Shown here one piece after another: positions 53,764 to 64,000 of a DNA stretch of 64,000 nucleotides. The position numbers and the translations under genes are program-made. Numbering within the stretch: the stretch's first letter is position 1; the number at the start of each line of letters is the position of its first letter. The DNA lies in NCBI GenBank assembly GCA_030867685.1, contig JAQOWU010000007.1, positions 2,356,001 to 2,420,000 of the forward strand. Reading direction: 5' to 3'. Source of the DNA: Wickerhamiella versatilis (lineage: Eukaryota). The notes under the pieces were generated by a model. The model saw nothing but the letters and a program-made list of their open reading frames with translations, was not told the DNA's origin and made no database searches.

Positions 53764-54582
53764 CTATCGATGACTCTTCTTATTTTTGCACACGGACCTT
53801 CGAGCTCGACGCGACCACATGCTCATATCTCCGGTTCGGTTACGGTAGTTATCGACAGCGTACTGGATAAGACCTTTCTTTCCCCGGATTTGAGGGTTCA
53901 AGCTTGCGAGGCGCCATCCCAGTTCGTTGTACATCTTTTCGAAGTTTTGCCGTTTGCCCTTGTACTGCTGAGGGGGGAGCGTAGCTTTCGGGTATATGCA
54001 ATTCTCTTGCCGGAAAGTTGTTGTGAGCTCATTTGTATTGATATCATCGATATTACAGCGGATTCTGTACTTACGGGCGGCACCGGTATTCGGGTACGTC
54101 ATCACAAGAAACACAGGACTACTAGACGTTGATTTGTCCTTCTGCTGGTTTTTGGTCTCTTCCTCTTCTTCCAAATGCATAATGTTGTGATCACTTTCCG
54201 GTAACGGCGGCGTATTTGCATGGTATTGACTGGCACCGAATCCATCAAGCGACAAGTAGTTTCCAATATCAAACGGATTTTGAGGAGCTGTGCCTACGCC
54301 GCACATCACATCAGGAAGTTGCAATGTTGGTGGACTATTTTCAGGTGCTACTCCGTCAAAGGGAACGGAGAAATCAGTTTCACTCGGTGAGATTCCATAA
54401 ACCGGCAGATGTGTCGTTTCTTGTGTAAATTCAATAAAGGGGAGATCTAAGTCCAGCTCACTACCATCCATGGGTGGGGTTAGAACATGCTGCTGGTATG
54501 TTGAACCCCCTGAACTGATACTCGGCTGGTCAGCTTGTATCCACCAAGGATCCTGTAAAGTTTTTATGGGTTCCTCGTACAT
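53764..54582 (-). CDS. Fungal Adn1/DUF8032-type domain protein, paralog 2
   Basis: Same C-terminal domain as 51693-52439, nearly identical in its core. Confidence 0.75.
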   Translation of the reverse strand: MYEEPIKTLQDPWWIQADQPSISSGGSTYQQHVLTPPMDGSELDLDLPFIEFTQETTHLPVYGISPSETDFSVPFDGVAPENSPPTLQLPDVMCGVGTAPQNPFDIGNYLSLDGFGASQYHANTPPLPESDHNIMHLEEEEETKNQQKDKSTSSSPVFLVMTYPNTGAARKYRIRCNIDDINTNELTTTFRQENCIYPKATLPPQQYKGKRQNFEKMYNELGWRLASLNPQIRGKKGLIQYAVDNYRNRTGDMSMWSRRARRSVCKNKKSHR

Positions 54583-56931
54583 AGTTTCTGGTGGAACAAT
54601 GTCGCGACGTTTTCAGTATATGTTATATTCCTCGGCGTTCTCCGAGATAAACGCGGGTGGCTTATAGTTGTTAGGAGCCAAATTTTCGTGCATACCCTAA
54701 CCTTTTCGAGCTGTCGGATACCGCCCGCCGAGCAACTTCGCGTTTAGTTAGAAACTTTTTTGTTCGTCAGATAGCTTAAATACATTTTAGTGTGTATTAG
54801 TATTCCTCCAATTAGGCTCTCAAGTGACTGGTAGAGAAGATAACAGTAATCTCTCTATGCAAGTGCGGGACAATACCAACGGCCCGGTTAGGGTTGCTAT
54901 CTTAATGCTTGTTTTGATCAAACGGCTAACACGCGTGCCAGAAACTCCTAGGTTCAATTAATCGTTATTATACAATGTAATATAAAATTATATTATATTT
55001 TTTCGCTGTCTGGGCGTCATCATCTTGTTACCGAGTGATCTTACATGTGCTGACCTGGTCGATCACTAGATGATTAAGCTCGATGAGCAAATCTGGGGTT
55101 GTCCTCGTAAGGGAAACGCCGTATTTATACATAGTGAAACAGACATGGGAGTCAATGTAGCTAACAACCTTTATTTCCGTATTCTAGGCCTATGGTCGGA
55201 CGCGACATATATCTACAAGAATGTAGTGGTTGGAAAGACGCCGTGCGTTCTTAACGCTTTAATTACATAAACCTGACTATTTCGATCTTAAAAATCCTTA
55301 TAATACATGTCTGGCATCTAATTGGACAATATTGGTAGGTTGGACGCCTGGTTTTATAAAATTTATATTCACCACCAACTACCACAAATATTATTGGATA
55401 GCATAGTGCCTTCAAGAACTCGACGTTACATTACGCGGTACATGTAAATGACGTATAGTTAAGCAATGCTTAAGCATTGTGTGACGTCACTTTGGCCCTT
55501 GAAACGAAAACGTCGGGTTAAGCACTCAACAAGAACATAGCAAGACACTCTTCACGGAAAGAAATGTCATTTATTTAATAAAATATCCATACGAAACGAT
55601 TTCGTGGTTTCCTTTGCTTTTCGGGTGCCAGCCCAAGAAAATAGGTAGGACCTGTAATAACGGTTATTAACGTCTGTCGAGATAAAGGATCATTCCAGGT
55701 AATATTGGCCAGACAAGAAAATGATTAGTACGTCCAGTGAAATCATTCGCTTGCTGACTAGAGGTGGGTGGTGCTTTCATGTGACGGGTTAAGTAGTACT
55801 ACGAATACCTTTGTGAGACCCAATCCGGGCCTCTAGAAGATCGGAACATCCTGGATCATTGCCTGTCGCATATAGGTCTTTACCGTCAAAACATATGTAC
55901 CAAGATTCACTGTCATTGTCCTTAATCTATTTCATACTTGACTGCTTGGTATAATCAAAATTTTGTATAAAAGTATGATATCCTTCAATACCATTTACTG
56001 CCGAACTATTACCTGTAATCATTCAGGCATCACCACCATACCTGATACAGAATGACGGTAACTTCTGGTGAAAGCCCGGGCCAACCTAATACAGAGATAT
56101 GCTTTTTTCCCTGTGAAGAAGAACATAATCACAATAGCTAGCTCCAGAGGATGGCTGGTAGGCAGGGTTATATATCTCGAGTCGGTGGTTGTGTAACTCA
56201 GGAACCGCGGAACACACGACAAAGAGTGCATATGCATACAAGCGCGACTATCATCCAGAGGACATTAGCAGCATCCTCAGTATGCAAATAGAAAAACCAT
56301 ATGGTATTGTATACGCTAGTAATATGTTGAGCACGCTCTACTGGCTTATATTTTAGAACATTATAAGATAACAAATCGTTATATAATGTGTGGACCCTAA
56401 TCACACTTGAGCGCGTCCTGCGCACCACCCAAGGCCCTCTAATTTATTGTTTACAGATCTCCCCTTCCATAATAAAGCTTTGTATGGCACATGCGATATA
56501 TTTGTAGTTGATACTAAAATAGGCAGTGACCTCAAGCAGGTCACCAGGGTTGTGAATGTTCCCCGTAAACATCCTAAAATATACATTGGGCTGATAATGA
56601 GTTGGCGATAGGTGAGTGAATCAGTTGTGCTATATCTCCAAGAGAATATGAGGCACTAAATCAAACGCTACTTTTGTTTCGAGTCTAGACTTTTTTTGAA
56701 ATTCGCGACATTTTAGGCATAAGAGCTAGTGGCGCTTTCACTGATAGCTGTAGTTATGTTCAATTTAGTAAATAAGTATGTATGTCGGATATCACGAAAA
56801 TAAAAAAAAACTATTTCCTGATTTTTTTTCTCTAATTCAAGATAATGTGTCAAAATACCAGAGACCTCTATTAAAATCTGTTCTAGATAACCCTTTAATT
56901 AAATAGAATATAACCGAGTCCAGTTTTTCGG

Positions 56932-57957
56932 TCAATAATGGCTCATATCTATGACAACTTTCCCCCTTGCACGTCGACTATCAACTCGCGACCACGCTTT
57001 CCCATAGTCACTCAGAGCATAAACCGAGTCAATAGTTATTTTCGCCATAGGATTACTGAGGATCTCCTGTGCGCCTTTAATCCACCCTTCATCAGCAGTG
57101 AGGTGTATATGACTGTAATTTATTCCCAAATATGAGCCAAATAGGCCTCGGAAAATGGCTCTAGGTAAGCTGAATAGCACGGTCCACCAACGTGTATAAG
57201 GCCCGGAAGGACCAGCGTCGCTTGCAACGGTAACATATGCTGAGCCCGTTGAAGCCGGTTCTAGCAGACTAGGCCATACACGTAGAGCATCATACCCACC
57301 GATACAATCGAGGATGGCATGGTACTTTCCAGATTCAACTAACGCATTTGACAAATCCCGCTGTGAATAGTCAATAGTGCTGTCAGCTCCCAGTGATCTT
57401 ACAAAGTCCTGTGACGATTCGGAGCAGGTAGCAACTACTCTGGTGCACTTATAAAGCAGCTTGCATAGTTGAATAGTCCATTGCCCTACAGATGTTGCAC
57501 CACCTAATACAAGCACAGCTGAATTAGGATGCAAATTGGCCTTCTCCAACATCTGATATGCAGTCCCAAAAGTCATGGGAAATGCAGCAGCCTCCACATC
57601 ACTGAGACGTCCTGGCGGTTTGATTAGGCAATCTATAGCTGTGTCAACAAGCGCATATGTGCCAATGACACTCTTCCAGGTGAGCGTTCCAAGAGAAGTG
57701 CCGCATATGCGCTCTCCAGCCCCCCATCTCTTAAGCGCTTCGCTACCACCGCTCTCAACGTAACCGCAGAAGTCCATAAATGCATACCGGGTAAATCCCG
57801 GATCAATCTGTTTGAGCACGAGGTCCACAGGGTTCAGCGACACATGCGAGATTTTTAGTAAAAGTTGTGTTGGTTTAAGGCTCGACGGTAGCTCGATAGT
57901 CTTCAGCTCGAGCGGCGACCAAGCGCTTGTGTAGGCGAGCACCGTGGAGGTAGTCAT
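56932..57957 (-). CDS. Zn-independent medium-chain reductase (Yim1/Ast1, quinone oxidoreductase-like)
   Basis: SLNPVD, AAAFP..FGTAY, VLVLGGATSVG, LGAD..IDY and RARGKVVI. Confidence 0.85.
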   Translation of the reverse strand: MTTSTVLAYTSAWSPLELKTIELPSSLKPTQLLLKISHVSLNPVDLVLKQIDPGFTRYAFMDFCGYVESGGSEALKRWGAGERICGTSLGTLTWKSVIGTYALVDTAIDCLIKPPGRLSDVEAAAFPMTFGTAYQMLEKANLHPNSAVLVLGGATSVGQWTIQLCKLLYKCTRVVATCSESSQDFVRSLGADSTIDYSQRDLSNALVESGKYHAILDCIGGYDALRVWPSLLEPASTGSAYVTVASDAGPSGPYTRWWTVLFSLPRAIFRGLFGSYLGINYSHIHLTADEGWIKGAQEILSNPMAKITIDSVYALSDYGKAWSRVDSRRARGKVVIDMSHY

Positions 57958-58113
57958 TATCGCTTAGTCAATTGCTGGCGAGGTAGTAGCCGTACTCACT
58001 CGTACTGTAAACAGACAAGAACTCTTAGCTGTTCCAAGTGTTATAAATATCTGTCAAATATTTGTCAATAATACTATATAATGAATTAATTTTATGGTGA
58101 AGATTCATTCTAT

Positions 58114-59562
58114 TTAAATTTGCCTGATTCGATATAACCCAGTTGAATGGCGAGGAATATCTGCACTCCATGAGCCGTGAGGCTGAATTGTCCCAACCTT
58201 CGAGCCAAATAGTGCTGAGTTGTTGGTCTCAATGCCCTTAGCGTAACTAATGTCACTTGAATTATACGGAAGTGTGATGTTCCTTAAGCTGGTCCCTCTC
58301 TTACTGCTTGAACTATCGATGATTGCGGCAGCAGTGTCATTGCTCATTCTGTTTGCCCATAAATCATACACGTCCCATTTTTTAGATAATTGGTTCACTG
58401 CAGGCCACATATCCAGAAATAAATCATAAAGTTCAGCCTTCAGATTTGCTGTGCTATTTCCATTGTTAATGAGGGCAAAGACGAAGTCTCCGTTGTCCAT
58501 CTCACGAACCCATAGCTGGTGATTGCACTGACCATATTGATCCTTGTCATCACAATCTCTAAGCCATACGCGATATGCAGCGGTCGCAGAGGGGTCTTGG
58601 TTGAGAGCAATCACTGCAGGGTTTGAATAGATAGAAAGATCTTTGGGTGTAATCTCATGGACATTAGTGCCTATAAGAAGTGGTGATGATAAGAGTGACC
58701 ACATTGAAAAGTGTGTCACATACTCATTGTCGTCCTGTCCTCCATTGCCAACTTCAAGCCCGTCCATATCATTAAACCAACCCTTCTGCGTCTTTGACTG
58801 TATAGCAGCCATCATTCCAATAATATTCATAATACTGCAATGATACCCTGGATACTCGCATGGCGATTCTGTGCAAGGACATCGACTATCTGGTCGATTG
58901 AAAAAATCATATATGTCGCCACTCATACGCCCTGAGTTTGAAATTCCTGTAGCCCAAGTGTATGTCTGATCCTCACCCCAATTGCACAATGAATAAACTA
59001 TAGGCCGTCCAGTAGCATTAAGGGCTTCAGACATGGCATTATAGCGATCAAATGAAGTTTTCTGTGTGCCTGACTGTCCTCGGTTGAAACAATTGTCATA
59101 CTTTAGGTAGTCCACATTGTTATCAGCGAAAAATTGTGCATCTTGAGTTTCGTATCCGAGTGATCCAGGATACTTGCCACACGTATACTCCCCAGCACTC
59201 GAGTACATTCCAAATTTAAACCCGAGATCATGTAGGGTATCAGCTACATAACGCATACCGTGTGGGAATTTCAGGGGATTCGGAACCTGGTAGCCACTGT
59301 TATTTCGGCCAATTGACCAACAGTCGTCAAGAACTATGTAATTGTAACCCAAGTCTCTTAGCCCGTAATCGATAATAGTCTGTGCCGTTGACAATAGTAA
59401 TTCTTCACTCACATCGCATCCGTATGCATTCCAGTTGTTCCATCCCATCTGTGGTACTAAATTAAGACCGTTGTAGGAGGTTGCACCAGGTATGACTACT
59501 TGATTGTCCCCATTTAGGTATGCGATCACTTGATTCAGAAGAAATATGGATTTCAAAAACAT
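58114..59562 (-). CDS. MEL1: Secreted GH27 alpha-galactosidase (melibiase)
   Basis: NGLNLVPQMGWNNWN, LDDCW, YSSAG..TC..YPGSLG, DYLKYDNC, YSLCNWG and ND.D.LEVGNG. Confidence 0.93.
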   Translation of the reverse strand: MFLKSIFLLNQVIAYLNGDNQVVIPGATSYNGLNLVPQMGWNNWNAYGCDVSEELLLSTAQTIIDYGLRDLGYNYIVLDDCWSIGRNNSGYQVPNPLKFPHGMRYVADTLHDLGFKFGMYSSAGEYTCGKYPGSLGYETQDAQFFADNNVDYLKYDNCFNRGQSGTQKTSFDRYNAMSEALNATGRPIVYSLCNWGEDQTYTWATGISNSGRMSGDIYDFFNRPDSRCPCTESPCEYPGYHCSIMNIIGMMAAIQSKTQKGWFNDMDGLEVGNGGQDDNEYVTHFSMWSLLSSPLLIGTNVHEITPKDLSIYSNPAVIALNQDPSATAAYRVWLRDCDDKDQYGQCNHQLWVREMDNGDFVFALINNGNSTANLKAELYDLFLDMWPAVNQLSKKWDVYDLWANRMSNDTAAAIIDSSSSKRGTSLRNITLPYNSSDISYAKGIETNNSALFGSKVGTIQPHGSWSADIPRHSTGLYRIRQI

Positions 59563-60447
59563 CCTTAACCTGAGATCCTACAAGATGCGAAGAAGTGCTT
59601 GGGGTTTTATTTAAATAGCTCATCTTGAAAATGATTTGTCGTAAAGTACTGTGTGTGTAAGGCAATAATGCATAATACGAACTCACCATCCAAAAAGAGT
59701 CGACGTATAGGGTAGGGCTAGTAACGTATCTGATCTCTATTCTTCTATTACATGCTAATTCGTGGAAATAAGTGAAATGCTTCAGAGGATGATGCTAAGT
59801 CCCCTATTATCTGTTACTTTGAAAATATTTGTTATATTCTTCAAATATCTACAGCCAGCCTTTGACGAAGTTTACCCCGCATTGAATGACTCATATGCAA
59901 AGTAATGTCATGGCAAGTTGCTAGATAGTGTAAATAGAATACTTGCTTCTGAATACCCCTGAATACCCCTGAATTGGCCAAAATATGGGGATACTGGTTA
60001 TTGGCGCCTGTGTATTCATATACTGATGATATCTAGCTTCTTCCTATCCTAATACTTGAGATAATACAGGTATTCCTCCGTTATTTGAATGGGATCAGGT
60101 AATCAAAATAGGGTTGTGGTAGCCGGGGTATACTCCATTTGTCATTCTAAGAATACCTGGCAAACAGCTCCGCTAAATGCTTGATGGCCATTTGTAGACG
60201 CTTTTTTAACCGTATCAATTTAAAATAGCTTGATGAGAGCAAACCTCGTGTTCGTCACAGGTAGACAGTCTCGTTCAAAGTTTATTAAACGGCAGGTTTG
60301 TCTTTATGCCGCAGGACATAAAGCATCCAGTTGCATAATGAAATAGATCTAATGGAGGAGCATTTATTCGATACAGGTAGCAACAGTTATTGTAATGCTG
60401 GCTCAAATTGCATGGAATCTCGCTATGTACGAGCCAAAAGAGCCTTT

Positions 60448-60469
60448 CAACCAGTCTCAGGTAGTGAAG
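60448..60469 (+). repeat. Partial copy of the 41-bp repeat
   Basis: CAACCAGTCTCAGGTAGTGAAG, 22/22. Confidence 0.88.
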
Positions 60470-60656
60470 GAGGACATTACTTTGAATTGAGCTATCTTAA
60501 TTATCACTCGAATGGAATCAGTACTTTTCCTTAAAGGTTGTATCCATTATTATGAAGTTTCTTCAATGAGCGGCTGAGTGTCATATTGCGTTGCTAAGAA
60601 TTTATAGTTGATCTTTCACAGCACTTTAAATTCATCTAGCAATTGGATTGACCCTA

Positions 60657-62450
60657 CTACGTCACTATTGACTGGTTAGCACTAACATCACATGCATGTG
60701 GGTGTATAACACAGTATTTGGGCACCACGGGACCAGAAGGAATATGATTAGAGACTAAATATTCCCGAAAATTCAGTAGTCGCTGAGTGAACTCTGAAGT
60801 TCGCATCTGTCCAGTGCGCAGATCTCTATTGCCACTCCACATCAGCTCACCAAACGCAGCTGCACGAGGCCACGCTTTTCCAGTCACTACAGTATCGTCT
60901 ACCTGCTCAGACCACAGATTCACACTACCCCCAAGAACGTGTTTCTTTTCTTCTGCAGTGAGATTCGCGGTTACGTCCATATTGTAAATCCTCTGCCAGG
61001 AAACAAAAGAACACCAGCTTCCACCATTGCTGGGGTTTGGTTTCGTCATATCGTAGCCAGGATCATTCGTGAGGAATCCGCCGAAGCCGCAGTCCAGATA
61101 CAGGTAATCAGCACTGGACACAATTACATCATACCCGCTACTGGTGATATTCTTTATAATATCGGGTCCTCCGAGCCATATTTGGAGGATGACATCCTTC
61201 GGAACACTGTGAGCGGCGGTAGCGGCATCAAGGATATCTTCCCACATCATAACGCGCGTGCCGTTTCTGAGGCTTCTTGCAATCGGCACAATATGGTCAA
61301 TCCAGTACTGCAAGAGGTCTGAGTAGTCACGGGATGAGTCTTCAGCAAACCATTTTTGGGTACTGTAACTGTAATTATAGCACGCGGTATTTATTTCATC
61401 TCCTCCAATGTGCTGTATGAGTTCAGGGAAAATACCAATAAGTTCATTCCGGACCTTCTTTACCACCTCATATGTCTTATTATTAAGAATTTCAAGTTGC
61501 CCAGGGCTGGGTTCCCCGGCGGTGTCTCCCCAAAATGTGTCTGCGCAGGCAACGATATTGGGATCAACGCGCTTCCACCCAGCCGAGGCGTGCGCGGGCA
61601 TATCCAATTCGGGCACAATGCGTACCCCACGGGCCTTTGCGTATGCCACTAAATTTATTAAATCTGACTGGGTATAAGATTCACGAGGGCTGTACGAATC
61701 ATCGACCATCTCAGGGTATGCAGCAATGTGCATAGGCCAGCTAGTCGAATCAGAGAGGTGCCAATGGAGAACGTTAAGTTTTGCAAGTGCCATGGCATCT
61801 ATCTGTTCTTTCAATTTCTTTATTGACAAAAAGTTGCGCCCTGAATCAAGCATCATCCCTCGGTATGGGAACTGAGGCTTGTCTTCGATGACTACAGGAC
61901 CTTCCACAATCAAACCCGATGCGTCCGGGTCTGTTGCATTGTAGTTAGCGCTGGAGTCCACTATGACTAGCTGCTGGAATGTGGTGATGGCATGCATTGC
62001 ACCCCAGACTGTTTTGGCAGTAATTTGTATAGTATTGCTGTCTTTTCCAATCACAAGGGTGTATGACTCGTCCACTCCTTGTTGTAAGTCTGCGACGTCA
62101 TCCGACAGACCAATATTAATTGTCGTTAACGGAGGAAGCGAACTCCTCTTGGTCTTCGATGGAAATGTGAAGTTGAGGGCTGCCTCGTACGACGGAAATG
62201 GCGCTTCAACTGCGACCGGACTCCACTGTAGGTCTACTATAGTGTCATAGGCACGATTCCACGCATCCACGAGCAGTTCAGATGAGCTATTACTGATAAA
62301 TTGAATGTTCGAAGCAAGTACTTTAGCACCATCGCCTGACCATGTTGATTTAACTGGTTTGGGTAATGGGTTTACCTTTGGCGAAAAAGCTGAGGTGTTG
62401 GTACAGGCTACTGGACCTACTAGCAGAAGAAGCAGAGTAGCTGTTTTCAT
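60657..62450 (-). CDS. HEX1: Secreted GH20 beta-N-acetylhexosaminidase
   Basis: YRGMMLDSGRNF, KLNVLHWH, PELDMPAH, HIGGDE, YLDCG, LWSE and WPRAAA. Signal peptide from Met at 62450 and a KR site. Confidence 0.93.
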   Translation of the reverse strand: MKTATLLLLLVGPVACTNTSAFSPKVNPLPKPVKSTWSGDGAKVLASNIQFISNSSSELLVDAWNRAYDTIVDLQWSPVAVEAPFPSYEAALNFTFPSKTKRSSLPPLTTINIGLSDDVADLQQGVDESYTLVIGKDSNTIQITAKTVWGAMHAITTFQQLVIVDSSANYNATDPDASGLIVEGPVVIEDKPQFPYRGMMLDSGRNFLSIKKLKEQIDAMALAKLNVLHWHLSDSTSWPMHIAAYPEMVDDSYSPRESYTQSDLINLVAYAKARGVRIVPELDMPAHASAGWKRVDPNIVACADTFWGDTAGEPSPGQLEILNNKTYEVVKKVRNELIGIFPELIQHIGGDEINTACYNYSYSTQKWFAEDSSRDYSDLLQYWIDHIVPIARSLRNGTRVMMWEDILDAATAAHSVPKDVILQIWLGGPDIIKNITSSGYDVIVSSADYLYLDCGFGGFLTNDPGYDMTKPNPSNGGSWCSFVSWQRIYNMDVTANLTAEEKKHVLGGSVNLWSEQVDDTVVTGKAWPRAAAFGELMWSGNRDLRTGQMRTSEFTQRLLNFREYLVSNHIPSGPVVPKYCVIHPHACDVSANQSIVT

Positions 62451-63049
62451 GGCGTTTGTAAGGCTAAAGCTCGATAAATCCCACATCCTACATTATATAT
62501 GAAGGCCTCAAATACTTGCCGATCATTCCTAAAAAGGTAAGTGCCCGAACCCTACTGTTAATAATGATAATGTTAAGATAAGAGACATTCAGAGAGGATA
62601 GCAGTGTGTCGAGCATCTATATGTACGGGCTAGAAAGTAACGAATTCAGCAATGCGATTTAGGAAGGGACTTTATTTGTGAACCAGTGTGGTTTATCAAC
62701 ACACTGAGTTCCGCCTTAACTTCCTTTAGCCATTTTACATTATTATTTATTCAAAGCATCAAATGAGTCTGTTAATTAAGCATAACTCAGGTACACTATG
62801 ATAATTCTTATTTCCACTGCGATCATGACACAATCTGTAGTCAAGGTTGCCGTTCAGGCATATCCCTCTGATCGCAGCACGATTCCACCTAGTGACAGTG
62901 CACGAGAAATTTCAGACAGGAATCAAGTTAAAGGATCAGTAAATTGGTTGGTTTGAGGAGAGAATCAGTAACTGATGTCTAGTTCTCCCTATTTCTCAGT
63001 GTATGTAAAGGTAGTGAGTGGTAATATTATTTACTTCAAAAGCAAAATC

Positions 63050-64000
63050 CTAAGTAAACCTGTCGAACTTAAATGGAGACATATCAATACCTACATCCTC
63101 TCCCACAATTGTTTTGGCAACAGCTTCACCAACTCCTGCAGAATTCTTGAACCCATGTCCTGAACACGCCGATACAACAAACACATTTTGCATCTCTGGA
63201 TGATAATCAATCAAAAAATTACTATCTGGTGTAAAAGTTAAGAGACATGCAACTCTGTCTAAGACCTTATCAGAGACGCCCTTCAAATGTCCTTTTACGT
63301 GAGTCTCAACGATATCTCTTGCCTCCTCGTCCGTCACGACTCGGTCCAGCTTGTCAGGAGTTGTGACGCTATGAAGATTTTCACTGCCAATCTTGACCGA
63401 ATTTTCCTCGAGCACAGGCGGGAAGCCATAAAAGTAGCCGCTTTCGCCACAGCCATCTTCCCAGATATATATGGGTGAACCAGCTGGAAACTTGTACCCG
63501 TTCTCCAACTCCAACCAGAAAAGAGTCTGACGCCTTACCTCAAACAAATTTTTGTATTTATCTCCAAGCAAGTAAGATATCCAGGCCCCGGCCGCCACGA
63601 TAGCCTTCCCAGCATGTATAATCAAATTGTCACTACTGACTTTTACCCCCGATTCGGTCTCCTCAACTTTTCTTATGGGTTCATCCGTATATACTCTCGC
63701 ACCATTAGACTTAGCATGCTTGAGCTGGGTGTCAATGCACCTTTCTGGGAAGATATAGCCCGCCCCGGGCTCATAATACGCTATATCATCCTCACGCATT
63801 CCGGCAAACTGCGGATACCTCGATACAACACTGCTCCTATCAAGCTTCTCATGCTCAATGCCAAATTTTTCTGCGGCCTCAAAGGTATTTTTGAGGAAAT
63901 CTCCATCCAAGTGCCCATTAGGACCATTTCCCATGTTTCCTATCATGACTGCGCCACACTGCTCAAATAGCTTGGCCCCGGTCTCACTTTCTAGCTCTCT
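63050..64000 (-). CDS. Monomeric sarcosine oxidase / N-methyl-L-tryptophan oxidase family, bacterial type; 5' end lies outside the window
   Basis: Frame is open to the window edge (RELESETGAKLFEQCG...). Motifs AAGAW, FYGFP, C..T.TPD..F.ID and ACSGHGFK. Confidence 0.88.
   Translation of the reverse strand, partial: RELESETGAKLFEQCGAVMIGNMGNGPNGHLDGDFLKNTFEAAEKFGIEHEKLDRSSVVSRYPQFAGMREDDIAYYEPGAGYIFPERCIDTQLKHAKSNGARVYTDEPIRKVEETESGVKVSSDNLIIHAGKAIVAAGAWISYLLGDKYKNLFEVRRQTLFWLELENGYKFPAGSPIYIWEDGCGESGYFYGFPPVLEENSVKIGSENLHSVTTPDKLDRVVTDEEARDIVETHVKGHLKGVSDKVLDRVACLLTFTPDSNFLIDYHPEMQNVFVVSACSGHGFKNSAGVGEAVAKTIVGEDVGIDMSPFKFDRFT

Noticed and set aside
54583-56931. Hidden gene, LTR or RNA gene in long gaps (also 49726-51692 and 43571-44609)
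   Set aside because: No recognisable protein motif, terminal repeat, tRNA or rRNA by eye; a BLASTx or Infernal search would be needed to exclude decayed elements.
993-60469. CRISPR array or integron attC interpretation of the 41-bp repeat
   Set aside because: Copies are partial, permuted, in both orientations and irregularly spaced. They are not palindromic, no cas or integrase gene is present, and the context is eukaryotic.
1-64000. Bacterial genome or contaminant contig
   Set aside because: Bacterial-type genes are interleaved singly with fungus-specific genes (PIR, OPT, MNN4-like, RTA1) and separated by long AT-rich spacers, with no operon structure.

Overview
Intron-poor fungal DNA, almost certainly from a budding yeast (Saccharomycotina) using the standard code, since CTG falls at conserved Leu positions in gldA. 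The window looks like an accessory, subtelomere-type region with about 30 single-exon genes. These include secreted hydrolases (M28 aminopeptidase, GH32, GH27, GH20, amidase, purple acid phosphatase), transporters (OPT, two MFS, RTA1), cell-wall genes (PIR, MNN4-like) and two Adn1/DUF8032-type paralogs. There are also two clear pseudogenes (GH3 and a galM copy) and one possible remnant. About seven genes look bacterial (csaA, gldA, galM, a Rid protein, homocysteine S-methyltransferase, a PD40-amidohydrolase and a sarcosine/N-methyltryptophan oxidase). This suggests, by inference only, an HGT-rich lineage such as Wickerhamiella/Starmerella. The most striking unexplained signal is about 12 dispersed fragments, in both orientations, of one circularly permuted 41-bp unit, GTGGGCTATCTTGCATTGTCCAACCAGTCTCAGGTAGTGAA. 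The fragments lie only in non-coding or pseudogene DNA, often close to gene ends, and several cross the unit junction. That is the pattern expected from a tandem or iteratively copied template, for example an exceptionally long telomeric repeat written into break-repair or gene-capture junctions.
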